Shown: positions 41,201-48,286, numbered from the stretch's first letter. The stretch: DNA of 64,000 nt from an uncultured Desulfospira sp. (GCA_963663165.1 OY760175.1:3488001-3552000), one strand, 5' to 3'. A program made the numbers and translations. The notes: generated by a model from the sequence alone, not told the origin.

Positions 41201-41949
41201 ATCACCGGTGACCCGCTGTTTTGAAAGTAGATGCCGTGTCCGGCGTTGCCGGTAATGGTACAGCCGGTCACCTGGGGGGCGGAATAATAATCCAGATAAA
41301 GACCGTTTGATCTGTTTTCGTCAATCCGGCAGTTTTCTATGGCCGATGAATTTTTGTACCCCCTGAACCCGCTTCCACTGCTGTACCGAAGGGTGCAGTT
41401 ACGGATGGCGGGGCTGGATTCATAGGCATAAATATTGGCACCGTTGGTAAGTCCTGCGTATTCCACCACGCAGTGTTCCAGAATGCTTGCGGTGTCATCG
41501 GCATAATAGCCAAAATAAATCCCCTTCCAGTCCCCCGGAGCCGGGGAGCCGGCATTGGAAGTAAACACAATAGGCTCTGATTCCGTGCCCTGGGCCACCA
41601 GGGCCGGGACTCTTCCTGAGGACCCGCTGATGTAAAGCCCTGTACCCTGCTCAAACGTTATGGTCACTCCGGCTTCAATGGTCAGGGTGGCCGTTGTCCC
41701 GGACGGCCGAAGGGTGACATCGGATGTAACGATATAAGGGCTACCCGAAAGATCCCAGGTGGTGTCCGCTGTGATGTACCCGCCGACACTGGTCTCGGCC
41801 CGGCCGCTGCCGGCAATGGCGATCAGGAAGGTCCAGAAGACCAGAACATATAGGACCAATGGTTTAAAATTGAATTTACAGAAACTTTCTTTGGATTTAC
41901 CCGATTCAAGCCCAAGAATAACGTCACACTCATCTGTTGCCGGTGCCAT
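26269..41949 (-). CDS. Giant (5226 aa) secreted RHS/YD-repeat protein with beta-helix, FN3/Ig-like, CARDB-like and two LamG-like domains
   Basis: Hydrophobic signal-like N-terminus ending GSGRA|ET; YD repeats from ~30300; RHS core LYYNWHRYYDPALGRY...NNPVRWTDPWGL; 128-aa C-terminal tip. Confidence 0.93.
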   Translation of the reverse strand: MAPATDECDVILGLESGKSKESFCKFNFKPLVLYVLVFWTFLIAIAGSGRAETSVGGYITADTTWDLSGSPYIVTSDVTLRPSGTTATLTIEAGVTITFEQGTGLYISGSSGRVPALVAQGTESEPIVFTSNAGSPAPGDWKGIYFGYYADDTASILEHCVVEYAGLTNGANIYAYESSPAIRNCTLRYSSGSGFRGYKNSSAIENCRIDENRSNGLYLDYYSAPQVTGCTITGNAGHGIYFQNSGSPVIKGNQISDCGHAGIYGTGGGTPVIGADNGNTISGCGTYCIYLDSEYTYAVASNNILSDWGTQSPAMRVGAATDFSGNTCSGTGLRRVELVGQNIQGTRTWSNALPEVVVLDTIQLKPSGTTATLTIEAGVTVKFDPGAGLYISGSYGGTSALVAQGTESEPIVFTSNTDCPAPGDWLGIYFADTADDDACLLAYCVVEYAGLTNNANVYASNSSPAIHNCTIRYSSGNGFRGYKNSSAIENCRIEENSSNGLYLDYYSAPQVTGCTIAGSAGHGIYFQNSGSPVIKGSQISDCGHAGIYGTGGGNPVIGADNGNTISGCGTYCIYLDSEYTYAVASNNTLSDWGAQSPAMRVGAGTDFSGNTYSGSGLRRIELVGQNILGNRTWSNALPEVVVLDTIQLKPSGTTATLTIEAGVTVKFDPGAGLYISGSYGGTSALVAQGTESEPIVFTSNTDCPAPGDWLGIYFADTADDDACLLAYCVVEYAGLTNNANVYASNSSPAIHNCTIRYSSGNGFRGYKNSSAIENCRIEENSSNGLYLDYYSAPQVTGCTIAGSAGHGIYFQNSGSPVIKGSQISDCGHAGIYGTGGGNPVIGADNGNTISGCGTYCIYLDSEYTYAVASNNTLSDWGAQSPAMRVGAGTDFSGNTYSGSGLRRIELVGQNILGNRTWSNALPEVVILDTTQLKPSGSLAILTIDPGVTVKFEPGTGLYITGSYGGTSALVARGTESEPIVFTSNADSPAPGDWRGIYFNSATDNDNSIMEHCLVEYGGYSNTANIWLYDAGPTLRYNTFRASSTYGVLFTGYGDSSNFYCNNIKENVYGVYVNTTSYHPVISSNHFIENKNWGLNTGPNASVTAENNWWNDTGGPNQSGDQALGNVDVDPWLTSHADCVDLPAENDPPFVPNNPTPAHNAVRVPASQDGQAIDVQLSWTGNDPNPWDTVTYDVYFGTDPDALTLNGQGLSTAEQSLSNLEAGATYYWKVTARDDAGAQTQGPVWTFTTLGDPPDLTVSAVSQEPQTGVVPKDMVSFPATISNNGAGPAVDAFTVEFTVDNAVIAAVEYDRIIPAGQSVEVSATWTAQAGEHTLEVTADSQDSVVESEEDNNTITVSLEDIIDPDPPEFTGSSPGDGDFVQSADQIVITLVDAHTKVDDTAVIQSFTVLDANSGAVAGTVLESNDKFTFVPDQALTDGLITVSFLAVDVEGNSGAHTFSFTLDQVAPGNLTITGGETVSGVLQVRPAGNLSDTLTITLTGTREDDTSVRINGETLAETGSGGWVVLLDLVSGLNSFEVFLTDRAGNQSETLWVDVTAQIPDAGINSGLVLYLPLDNDAADHSGYGNDAAMSGQMDWEDDRFGSRNTALAFDGQADSLEIPYASSLDVGDAQYAVSLWVKPDVQTGGEGWVYDSRGEGDYPYYARIRVNAPDALAPNGLYAGIFDGVNTIAFEETPIVNDGLWHHVVLTGDNRANVWKLYVDGALISTRTAMMDTLSASPDLAPGLALGRDQYNDSSPRYDGAIDELRVYNRVLELDDVQTLYNWDAPDIGSGLAVYYPFHGNADDESGNGVHAAVVQAQLTANVNGQSDEAYAFDGDGAAVGPESLVGASFPRDLTLAAWVRRDDISRTGSLLALGTGDAGSAVDHQFLLELDSSDTGGQVSFAMGNGDQDGYFHHHSGGADALINDQAWHHVAVTLQGQASLIYMDGQLSSIHLEAAGSRLIQEQFKLMVGARSGQDTFFSGDLDEVRIYNRSLSPAEIFLLADNTPLADITQLSVESYEDRLVFTWEPVSDPYGELSGYRISIDGQPESELIPPGDTQFEKTGLDRAAACNFTITSVDNSPLGNESTGISMTGYTLLENPGVHTVTPCSGYVTLAWDDALPAAYVAQYHVYVQESSFSSVADLTPVATVTETYAGISGLSDGTPYYFAVTAVNLSGGESKTVTSVSGTPLADTAGPEMGSLNLDGAVMENGQTLTTEGTIEVTVSDPAGVSRVEFAVDGEVLGTAYSTTSVVQWGIDPASLTDGSHTLTVTVYDTLGNSTTVSQDFTVALAAPVAPVIDQPVSGTLANTRQVTVKGSAPEGSEVILYINDEQTGSWQGVDTQGGFSFTADLTVQGENRIQAAARNRTGQGPLCDAVLVTLDTSIPESPTNPTAQSKAAGAVSLTWTRPQQGSIEGYYIFRSTAPFEDTAGAEQVNAQLVTGTTYEDLPAEDGTYYYRITAVSYAGSQGPASDQVAGISDREAPEALSIDYTPSGAFDPDTGRMAPGKVSVVLSVSETLGTTPFLSINSVGGVPLTVSLAQTGDTEYTGFFTIEDQTPDGTAYAIFSARDGAGNRGTGIGSGDQITIDTQGPRVIELIVEPGRPIKNDEEEPVLVQVTLGLDEALEDGTVPALSYLLSGTLRELVSIDTLTLVATRAGHAQTYQAQFSLPADAGLAEAETLTFTFSGNDDLGNVSDEIDCDNAFQVYQGDLPPLSAPAGLGATSLPGGEIRLSWNSVQDAAGYVLYRQAPDETQLTFYADCDLETGFTDAPAAEGLYTFAVASVREENGDSSQSGLSSQVSASSDATPPQPPKDLSLELISQGIEAAWQAPAGTEEITYSLYRCDEPGLLPVSGLDPVLTGISALTAIDTTPSQEAHYYLVTAVDEAGNESEPCDAVYLNFDLLPISDPAVILEDDSFPVLSWTHNGSTIEGYNLYVTLDSGEVKLNDGLMAATTYTDSGYTGDERLYRVLAVDHNGEESLARTIFLPVIEAALDGDSQVFRGLMNRLEYTVTNLSSTAVEPVRLKVALGGREHISTDVSIPAGASIVVPVTVGGYEDLSDLADLTLAIEFEPDTGERVSIIQNSRIQVLDGTFMLNIYNEEPVRGGSAMVHFTLENTSDETMEMITARDTGTAASDEVCFSLLDPEENVLSTACLHQATGTDVVTLTDGRTIVRLDPGQSFTSDEVALPVPDTCPDNAVLRLDIAQVHYALGTGQAVRMDGPAAVEDVSLADTAYYGTLRQVDPALSDGAQDIIIQGQAIERDSGSPMAFVPLRLEIDVSGFERTDTVITDSSGQFSYAFTPLSGESGDYTVRAMHPDLTGKPDQGTFTIARTLVSPETINISVPKNYEQGASVTVSTTKGVNLENVRLVYEPDDQPEGVFPEGIHLDIADTDTVDVTESSSAILDFTVWADNTALPESQLVLKAVSGEPDPTVLGSVAVTVAASDSAPVLAFSPNYLETGVTYGEPVTETITLSNTGYSELSGMGLSLTGSDGSDAPDWVLLNAAGDQGQLAVGESRDVFITFSPTTSVAEGVYPFYLNVESDNHAPFTINLFVTVTSSETGHALFKVEDMYTATIDDNGEMIQGLEGAVINLENVRVSGVTASLTTDELGEALFLDLSAGLYTYRITSADHQELSGRVWIKPGITASESIFLKNELITVEWSVEQTTVSDEYEIVVNATYETDVPAAVLVLTPSSVTLPDMEAGEVFTGELGVSNQGLIRADNIELYLPDNTENYAYEFLTDLPDSLGAKEQVVLPYRVVCRQSVYDSEDNGGGTSGSSGCITIHYDFVCSNGATFSYTVSTCFHNSISGSEISDGFSYGDDTTTAISNGQDNTGSSNVSAGPSSQGISGGVVCWPVAVRMEDQDPNASQDTGCSVNCFLGEYNDEAIDLSVKVVGGTIRVQRRFYDNEWHWEHLRHQLDFDLSINTFGYGTLGVKKAGVPYYNYELIEDLKTQRPYPEVHVSRSGQRAIASVKYYVSSSAPAVYVNGNYKITHFKGDYTLIPDTATVTGSYYHENNLVSGECYIWEDKYKNWKEFDLNGRMTAYGHKSGVTARLVYDNATGRLTAIADRHLNPVIAFEYDESGNVSAVRSTKGDSQVTYTYTNGLLTQITDVLGAETFYGYDDRGRLIRSVDAAGRSTYAAYNNSGFVSQVVDENGAGHFFDYDYNETDDEYYAQIRTTGGKIKELWFDAGGWAKQIRINGRTVMQAATADDLNVYWNHRYFYPGIDSYFAENEPVSMKGRRKLAFMDEKGAVTVKTFDEWGNLTRICYPDATAEQFIYDPTFFTITQYSNRRNMVTRFDYDDQGKLMEKTEAYGTDAQRTTTYAYDDEGQLSSVTIEGDGQTQSAIWLYSYTDSGATDAITHPEGGSFLMSGHDLTGNPGQVTDPLGNQWHIEYDKKGRPLSIEDPMGNRAAYEYDNANNITAFIDRRLNRYDMAYDPHNNLVTHIDPLSGKTALNYNTDNEATRITDPAGIEQNFTYDNEQRLLKASDASGTAVEYSYDETSDNFALSANPVSITFPAFTRVLTYDMFQRPIRVKDSQGDESRAVNYAYDANGNILSITDADGHQTTYAYDEHDRLASVTDASGNTARFFYDARNNLIGIMDPNENETTLAYDLTNRLTRLVRPEGGVIEFEYDAAGNQTAATDALGHKIEYEYDALNRLAGVKHFYADDLTTAVKTIRYTYDANGNLLSWEDETTHGTISGTFVYDELGRKIEESVDYGEFSLTHACAYYANGKKKSMTYPNGTLIEYTYDEAGRLARSGPVTYTGYQWNRPTHMRLAGGSQIELDYTAFMQPETITLKDPAANRLSTDAYEYSAAGNLVSRINDQRQSSFEYDGASRLISAQNADADDEAYTYDSAGNRLTASNTTGQWVYNGNNELISHSNGSYEYDARGNMVQQTVDGQITVFEYDIMNRLVKLSKEDGTVMAEYAYDPFGRRLWKEVNGIRTYFCYADEGLIGEYDESANLIRSYGYEPGSLWGTRPVFMKDSTQTYYYLTDHLGTPRQLVNPSGKVVWLATYDAFGNATIWNEEVENNLRLPGQYHDAESGLYYNWHRYYDPALGRYNRMDPLYSELNHYVYALNNPVRWTDPWGLCVDKPIDEMNNEELDALFNQMNDAWLSECRDNWLKTQRQIMALESFRSAIKGNETIQYANDAVDSIDTIVGIMGSIASVFAGNFQAPPPPGTPGVYETIRTWADVGYNTYIKYLRWKQSNYKRWLNDG
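38800..41720 (-). repeat. 852-bp (284-aa) intragenic tandem repeat, about 3.4 copies
   Basis: Anchor GGACGG at 39145, 39997, 40849 and 41701; the two middle copies are almost identical. Confidence 0.95.
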
Positions 41950-42093
41950 GCTCGCTCCTGTCTCTTATCTGCCCGGAACCGTTCAATTTTCCTTGCCAGC
42001 AAACTATCATACGCGCTGGGCCACAGGATCCGACAGCGTTCAGTACAATTTTTCAGCGGTTGTGCGATATTTACCGTATCCTTATCGAAACAT

Positions 42094-42110
42094 TGCAATT
42101 TTTGATCCAA
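42094..42110 (-). promoter_or_regulatory. Possible sigma54 promoter of the RHS gene
   Basis: TTGGATCAAAAATTGCA (GG-N10-GC, imperfect -24 box); IHF-like ATAACAAGATGTTA at 42137-42150. Confidence 0.4.
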
Positions 42111-42376
42111 GCAAAAACAAAATCGCTCGATCGCGTTAACATCTTGTTATCACATAAAAACATCATGCATTGACATTATTTGGATTTAATTAGGCGAGGA
42201 GAAAATATGAAATAAATGTGTTATTGCTATGAAAAAAAATACATAGAATTAACGAGCGGTTGGGTAAAAAATTACCGTCCCCGAATTAAACTTTGTGCCT
42301 TTGTATCGTGTTTTTGAGCAGGCCGGCAGAGCCGTAACCTGAATAGATGATCCTCACGGTCAATTGAATAAAAAAA

Positions 42377-42465
42377 GGAAACCGGAGGAAGGGAGACGGG
42401 AGACCGGATCGCGCATCTTTAGATGTTTCGCATTCCGGTCTGCGGTCTCCTTTCCTCCGGTCTCC
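42377..42465. repeat. 32-bp imperfect inverted repeat built from 8-mer units (possible che operon terminator)
   Basis: 42377-42408 versus 42434-42465, 28/32 complementary; GGAGACCG-like periodicity. Confidence 0.75.
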
Positions 42466-42491
42466 CTACGTTAACTGTATTTAGAAACCCT

Positions 42492-43058
42492 TTAGAAAAG
42501 CGTCACGTCTCCAGGTTCATCAATTTTCTTTTTCAGGAGTTCGAGTCTCTTTTTTTCTAAGGCGGCCATGGATTTTTTGGCATTGATCCGCTTGAGGAAG
42601 ACCTCGCCGGTGTCTGTATGGAAATATACCTTTCGGGTATCGGTTCCGCCAAAATCCCGGCTGACAATCTTGATTTTTTCATTGGCCAGAAAGTCTGTGA
42701 CAAAATCAATAATTTTCTGGCCTACAGCAGATTCTTTTGAAATGGATGCAATGACATTGCCCCCGCCAAAGGTTTTGGCCACCAGGTTCTTGCGTTTTCC
42801 CCCAAGCTTCATGATCCCGTTGATCAGAAGCTCCATGGCGTTGACCCCGTAGCGGGCCGAGGCGTCAAATTTGCCCAACTGGGGCTCTCCGGGCATGAAA
42901 ATATGGTTCATGCCGCCGATTTTGTTTTCAGGGTCCCGCAGGCAGACAGCCACACAGGAGCCTAACACCGTATGAATAATCACCCCGTCCCGGCTGGCGT
43001 AATATTCACCGATACCGATGTTGACCAGTGTTTTATCGTCTGTTATCGGGTCAGGCAT
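42492..43058 (-). CDS. cheD: Chemoreceptor glutamine deamidase CheD
   Basis: [38 protein letters not shown]. Confidence 0.95.
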   Translation of the reverse strand: MPDPITDDKTLVNIGIGEYYASRDGVIIHTVLGSCVAVCLRDPENKIGGMNHIFMPGEPQLGKFDASARYGVNAMELLINGIMKLGGKRKNLVAKTFGGGNVIASISKESAVGQKIIDFVTDFLANEKIKIVSRDFGGTDTRKVYFHTDTGEVFLKRINAKKSMAALEKKRLELLKKKIDEPGDVTLF

Positions 43059-44113
43059 TGTTGCAGGACAGCCGCGGTCAATTTTTCAAGGGGAAGGATT
43101 TTGTCAACCCCCCCCATTTTGATGGCCTCTTTGGGCATCCCGAAGACCACACAGGTGGCTTCGTCCTGGGCAAAGGTATAGGCCCCGGCATTTTTCATTT
43201 CCAGCATGCCCCGGGCCCCGTCATCTCCCATGCCCGTCATGATCACGCCCACGGCATTTTTACCGGCATACCGGGCCGTGGACCGGAACAGGACATCCAC
43301 CGAGGGGCGGTGGCGGGAGACCAGGGGACCCTGGCGGGTTTCCACAAAATATCGAGCCCCGCTGCGCTTGAGGATCATGTGCTGGCTGCCCGGGGCAATC
43401 AGGACCCTTCCCCGCAGGACACTGTCGTTGTTTTCAGCCTCTTTGACATTGACCTTGCTGATGGAGTCCAGCCGGTCGGCAAAGGTTTTGGTAAATTTCT
43501 CGGGCATGTGCTGGACAATCACCATACCCGGGGCGTCATGGGGCAGTGCCTCGATAAAAACCCTTAATGCCTCGGTGCCGCCGGTAGAGGCCCCCACAGC
43601 GACAATTTTTTCCGTTGTTTCGACCATGGCCCGGGTGCCGGGTTCGGGCAGCACCGCGTCTGCAGTCAGCTTGGGTTCAACTTTCATGGGCTTGGAAATT
43701 TTCCTGGGCGTTGCCATGGCCGCTGCTTTAACGGCATCGCAGATTCTGATTTTGGATTCCTCAAAAAATTGTTTGGCCCCCAGATTGGGTTTCTCGATAA
43801 TTTCCACGGCACCGTATTCCAGGGCCTTGAATGCCGTCTGGGTTCCCTGGCCGGCCAGGGTTGAGCAGATCACCACGGGAATGGGATGCTGGCTCATGAT
43901 TTTTTTTAAAAATGTAATCCCGTCCATCCTGGGCATTTCAACATCCAGGGTAATCACATCCGGTGTCTGCTCACGCATCCTGGATGCAGCCACAAACGGA
44001 TCTGATGCCATTCCCATGATTTCAATGTCAGGGTCCGATGAAAGAACTTGCGAAAGTGCATTTCGGACCAGGGCCGAATCGTCTACAATAAGAACTTTAA
44101 GTTTCTTACCCAT
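43043..44113 (-). CDS. cheB: Chemotaxis methylesterase CheB
   Basis: REC domain plus [25 protein letters not shown]. Confidence 0.97.
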   Translation of the reverse strand: MGKKLKVLIVDDSALVRNALSQVLSSDPDIEIMGMASDPFVAASRMREQTPDVITLDVEMPRMDGITFLKKIMSQHPIPVVICSTLAGQGTQTAFKALEYGAVEIIEKPNLGAKQFFEESKIRICDAVKAAAMATPRKISKPMKVEPKLTADAVLPEPGTRAMVETTEKIVAVGASTGGTEALRVFIEALPHDAPGMVIVQHMPEKFTKTFADRLDSISKVNVKEAENNDSVLRGRVLIAPGSQHMILKRSGARYFVETRQGPLVSRHRPSVDVLFRSTARYAGKNAVGVIMTGMGDDGARGMLEMKNAGAYTFAQDEATCVVFGMPKEAIKMGGVDKILPLEKLTAAVLQQCLTR

Positions 44114-44219
44114 GCTTATTCCCACCCCATTATGTGGATATCCACAGTCAAATTAAAACAACCCGTCTTGTTTTTCCTTTTTATAAAACTGAACCCAAGC
44201 CCGTTTTTAAGGCCATGAT

Positions 44220-45092
44220 TCAGCCCACCTTCTGATAAACTGTTATTTCCGGGGAAACCAGGGGAAAATCGTCGATCTGGAGAACCTCGGAATGTCCCAC
44301 AAACAGATACCCGCCTTTTTTAAGATGTTTCAGCATATTATGAACCAGCGCCGTCTGGGTCTGCCTGTCAAAATAGATCATGACATTTCTGCAAAAAATA
44401 ATATCCACCTGATCCACCATGGGATAGGACCTGTCCATGAGGTTCAGCCGGTGAAATTTCACCTTGGACCGGATATTGGGGGCGATTCTGACCAGATTTT
44501 TGCTGCTGTCCTTGCTGCGCAGCAGATATTTTTTGCGCAGGTTCAGGGGCACCGGTTCAATCTCGTCATGATCATAAACCGCTCTTCTGGCAATACTGAG
44601 GACTTTGGTGGAAATATCCGTACCCACAATATCAAAATAAACCTTTGTACCGTTATGGGTTTCAGCAAATTCATTCAACACCATGGCCAGGGTATAGGGT
44701 TCATGCCCTCTGGAACAGGCGGCGCTCCAGACGGACACTTTTTTGGCTCCCATGGGAGAACCCGAACCAAGCAGATTGGGAAGCGCTTTCTGGGATAAAA
44801 ATTGAAAATGGGCCGATTCCCTGAAAAAATCGGTTTTATTGGTGGTGATCACATCAAGGAATTCGCTTAATTCTTCTTTCATGCCTTCCGGGCTGAACAG
44901 ATAGTCGCAGTATTCCTCGTAAGTTTTCAGTTTAAGCAGGCTCAGCCGCTTTCGTAGCCGGGATTCCACCATCACCCTTTTGGCTTCGGGCATTTTAATC
45001 CCTACCTTGGATTTAATAAAGGTGGACAGCTTTTGAAAATCCTTCATGGACAGGGTTTGAAGGTGAAAGGCGGGCGCTTCTTTTTTTTTCAT
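44220..45092 (-). CDS. cheR: Chemotaxis methyltransferase CheR
   Basis: TTNKTDFFRE, WSAACS, IFCRNVMIYFD, GHSE. Confidence 0.96.
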   Translation of the reverse strand: MKKKEAPAFHLQTLSMKDFQKLSTFIKSKVGIKMPEAKRVMVESRLRKRLSLLKLKTYEEYCDYLFSPEGMKEELSEFLDVITTNKTDFFRESAHFQFLSQKALPNLLGSGSPMGAKKVSVWSAACSRGHEPYTLAMVLNEFAETHNGTKVYFDIVGTDISTKVLSIARRAVYDHDEIEPVPLNLRKKYLLRSKDSSKNLVRIAPNIRSKVKFHRLNLMDRSYPMVDQVDIIFCRNVMIYFDRQTQTALVHNMLKHLKKGGYLFVGHSEVLQIDDFPLVSPEITVYQKVG

Positions 45093-45125
45093 GGGACAGT
45101 TGCTCTCCTGGCTGTGAATTCACAA

Positions 45126-45680
45126 TTACGAGGGATCATCGGTTTCTTCAACAGCTTTTTCCTCACCCTTATGTTCGTTACCCATTAACCGGGCATCCTG
45201 TTCAACCACCTGGACAACGGCAAGCTCTTCAGCAGAAAAGACCTTCCGGCTTTCCAGAATAATGATAAAATCATTCTCCTTTTTTCCCATTCCCTTGATA
45301 AATTCGGTTTTCAGACGGGTGCCGATCCTCGGGGGCGGTTCAATCTGGTCCGGTTCCAGGCTCATCACCTCCTGGACCGAATCCACCAGGATCCCAAGGA
45401 TGGTCTCCTCGCTTTCCAGGGAAACCTCAATAATGATGATACAGGTGTTCACATCCGGTTCCGCCTCTGGCAGGCCGAATTTCAAGCGCAGGTCCACCAC
45501 CGGGACCACGCCGCCCCTCAGGTTGATCACACCGCGCATGAACGCCGGCATACGGGGCACCTTGGTCATCTGGGTAAAATCAAGCACCTCGCGCACCTGG
45601 TTGATGTCCAGCGCATAAATTTCCTCATCCAGTTTAAATGAAAGGTACTGGCTGGTCTGTGTTATGCCCGCCACACTCAT
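45126..45680 (-). CDS. cheW: Chemotaxis adaptor CheW
   Basis: GVINLRGGVVPVVDLR; GILVDSVQEV. Confidence 0.96.
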   Translation of the reverse strand: MSVAGITQTSQYLSFKLDEEIYALDINQVREVLDFTQMTKVPRMPAFMRGVINLRGGVVPVVDLRLKFGLPEAEPDVNTCIIIIEVSLESEETILGILVDSVQEVMSLEPDQIEPPPRIGTRLKTEFIKGMGKKENDFIIILESRKVFSAEELAVVQVVEQDARLMGNEHKGEEKAVEETDDPS

Positions 45681-45736
45681 TGGAGTTCCTCCTTTTGAAC
45701 ATCATTTTTTCAAGGCTGCCGGGCCAGGGGCAAAAC

Positions 45737-47854
45737 TTAGGCCTTTTCCAGCAGCACATTGGTATCAATAATCAGGGCAACCGTACCATCCCCGAGGATG
45801 GTGGCCCCGGATATATCCCGCACGTTTTTAAAGGCCGGCCCCAAGGGTTTGATAACCGTCTGGTGGCCGCCGATGACATGGTCCACCACAAAGCCGATCC
45901 GGTTGTCGTTGACTTCTGTGATCACAACGTGTTCGGATTTGGGCCGTGTGCCGTTTATTCTAAAATAGTCCCTGAGCCGGACATAGGGGACCATCTCCCC
46001 CCTGACATTGAGGATGTTTCTGCCGTTGATCTTTTCCGACTCCCGGGAGTTGATCTCCACACACTCATCCACCGCCATCAGGGGCAGGACAAAAAAGTCC
46101 TGGCCAATCTGAACCAGAAGGCCGTTGATGATGGCCAGGGTCAAGGGCAGCTTCAGGGTAACCACGGTCCCTTCGCCCAGGTTGCTGTCAATGTCGATGA
46201 CGCCCCTCAAGTTTTCAATGGTCCGCTTGACCACATCCATGCCCACGCCCCGCCCGGAAACACTGGTCACCTCCTGAGATGTGGAAAAACCCGGTGCAAA
46301 AATCTGGGCATATATCTGTTTTTCGGAAAGGTCGTCGGATTCAGAGATCAACCCCTTTTCCAATGCTTTTTGCTTGATGCGCTCGGCGTTGAGCCCGGCC
46401 CCGTCATCTTTAATGGTGATCATCACGCTGGTTCCCTTATGGGCCGCCGAAAGAAGGATGGTGCCGGTTTCCCGTTTCCCGGTATTTTTCCTGGCTTCAG
46501 GGGATTCGACCCCATGGTCGATACTGTTCCGGATCAGGTGAACCAGGGGATCGCCCAGTTTTTCCAGAACGGTTTTGTCCATTTCCGTTTCAGCCCCTTC
46601 GGTCACCAGTTCAATTTTTTTCTTGAGCTGGGAAGACAGATCCCGGACCAGGCGCCGGAATTTGTTGAAGGTGGTCCCGATGGGCATCATTCTGATATTG
46701 AGGACACTGTCCCTTAATTCGCCGGTCAGCCGTTCGATTTCTTCCACCGGCTCGGCCAGTTCCATGTCCTCCCGCTCCGAAGCCACCTGGGTGAGGCGGG
46801 CCTGGGTAATGACCAGCTCCCCGACCAGGTTGATCAGCTTGTCCAGCCGTTCGGAAGGCACCCGGACCGAAGAGGCCTCGGCGGTTTTCCGGATATTGCT
46901 GGCCAGCTTCTGCTCGTTTAAGGCTGATTTTAATTTTTCCTTGGACACGGCACCGGATTCAACCAGCAGTTCCCCAAGATGTTTGCGCTGGGTATAGCTT
47001 TTTTCCACATCTTCCCGGGTAATATCGCCACGCTCAATGAGGATATCCCCCAGCCGCTGAATCTCATCGTCTGCACCGGCCCCGAGCTGATCTTCGATCA
47101 CCTCGATGTTGATCTCGCAGTCATTTTCCACAAAGATAAAAACATCTCTGATGGAGTTTCTATCCCTTGACGTGGACAGGGTGACATCCCAGTAAATATA
47201 ACAGGTCTCCGGGTCCAGTTCCTCAAGTTCCGGCACCTTGTCGGTCTGGGCCACCACACTTCCCTCACCCAGGTCTTTGAGATCCTCTATCAGCAGTACG
47301 GGATCCATCCCGGTTGCGAAAATGTTGGGAGAAGGGGTCATCCGTATCCGGTAAAGGGTCTGTACCTCATCGCCTTTTTCGTCGCCATCCTCTTTTTTCT
47401 TTGATTCCGGGGCGGCCGCCGGTTCCGGTTCTTTGACTCCTTTGGCCGGTGCTTTGGCCGGGGGCTCATCTCCGCTTAAAAGGGCCTCAAGGGAGGCGAT
47501 GATATCCTCTCCTTCCTGAGGATCCACGGCCGGCCCCCCGCCAGCCTCCTCAAGCAAGGCGGTGATCCGGTCCCGGGAAACCAGAATCAGGTCGATCAGT
47601 GTCTTGGAGACCGGGATGGTGCCGCCCCTGACTTTGTCCAAAACCGTCTCCACATGGTGGGTAAAATCAGAAATGGCGTCAAAGCCGAACATGGCCCCGG
47701 AGCCTTTAATGGTATGCATGGCCCGGAACAGCTTGTTGATGGCCTCCTTATCTTCGGGATCATCTTCAATATCCAGCACGGTGTCTTCGATACCCGTCAA
47801 CAGCTCTTCGGCTTCCTGGCGGAACTCTTCAATGAATCTGCTGGAGTCATTCAT
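45737..47854 (-). CDS. cheA: Chemotaxis histidine kinase CheA
   Basis: FRAMHTIKG, LINLVGELVI, HLIRNSIDHG, SGRGVGMDVV, LPLTLAI. Confidence 0.97.
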   Translation of the reverse strand: MNDSSRFIEEFRQEAEELLTGIEDTVLDIEDDPEDKEAINKLFRAMHTIKGSGAMFGFDAISDFTHHVETVLDKVRGGTIPVSKTLIDLILVSRDRITALLEEAGGGPAVDPQEGEDIIASLEALLSGDEPPAKAPAKGVKEPEPAAAPESKKKEDGDEKGDEVQTLYRIRMTPSPNIFATGMDPVLLIEDLKDLGEGSVVAQTDKVPELEELDPETCYIYWDVTLSTSRDRNSIRDVFIFVENDCEINIEVIEDQLGAGADDEIQRLGDILIERGDITREDVEKSYTQRKHLGELLVESGAVSKEKLKSALNEQKLASNIRKTAEASSVRVPSERLDKLINLVGELVITQARLTQVASEREDMELAEPVEEIERLTGELRDSVLNIRMMPIGTTFNKFRRLVRDLSSQLKKKIELVTEGAETEMDKTVLEKLGDPLVHLIRNSIDHGVESPEARKNTGKRETGTILLSAAHKGTSVMITIKDDGAGLNAERIKQKALEKGLISESDDLSEKQIYAQIFAPGFSTSQEVTSVSGRGVGMDVVKRTIENLRGVIDIDSNLGEGTVVTLKLPLTLAIINGLLVQIGQDFFVLPLMAVDECVEINSRESEKINGRNILNVRGEMVPYVRLRDYFRINGTRPKSEHVVITEVNDNRIGFVVDHVIGGHQTVIKPLGPAFKNVRDISGATILGDGTVALIIDTNVLLEKA

Positions 47855-47909
47855 ATGCGCACTCCTTTGATCAACCTGGTGGCAGGGACCTTATGTCCCA
47901 CATTATTAA

Positions 47910-48275
47910 TTACCGGAGAACTTTTTTAATGACCGCAAGGAGCTGCTCCGGCTTGAACGGCTTTACAATCCATCCCGTGGCCCCGACGGCTTTGCCTTTT
48001 TGTTTCATATCGCCCTGGGATTCCGTGGTCAGCATGATAATGGGCATGAATTTAAACTTGGGCATTTCCCTGACCTGCTGAATCAGGCCAAATCCGTCCA
48101 GATTGGGCATATTCAAATCCGTAATCAGCATATCCACATGGGTATTGCCCAGTTTATTCACGGCGTCCTGCCCGTCCACAGCCTGAACCACTTCATATCC
48201 CGCTTGCGTTAAGGTAAAGCTCACCATCTGTCTGATGCTCGTAGAATCATCTGCTGTCATGATGACCTTTGACAT
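47910..48275 (-). CDS. cheY: CheY response regulator
   Basis: ADDS, ITDLNMP, MLTTES, WIVKPF. Confidence 0.93.
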   Translation of the reverse strand: MSKVIMTADDSTSIRQMVSFTLTQAGYEVVQAVDGQDAVNKLGNTHVDMLITDLNMPNLDGFGLIQQVREMPKFKFMPIIMLTTESQGDMKQKGKAVGATGWIVKPFKPEQLLAVIKKVLR

Positions 48276-48286
48276 GTCACGTCTCC

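Noticed and set aside
38800..41720. Template/variable repeat pair of a diversity-generating retroelement
   Set aside because: In-frame domain repeats, no reverse transcriptase in the window, and no adenine-specific pattern noticed.
43206..46717. Long antisense ORFs (316 aa and 359 aa; also 21347-22282 and 31789-32814)
   Set aside because: Shadow frames of well-supported genes, with no motifs of their own.
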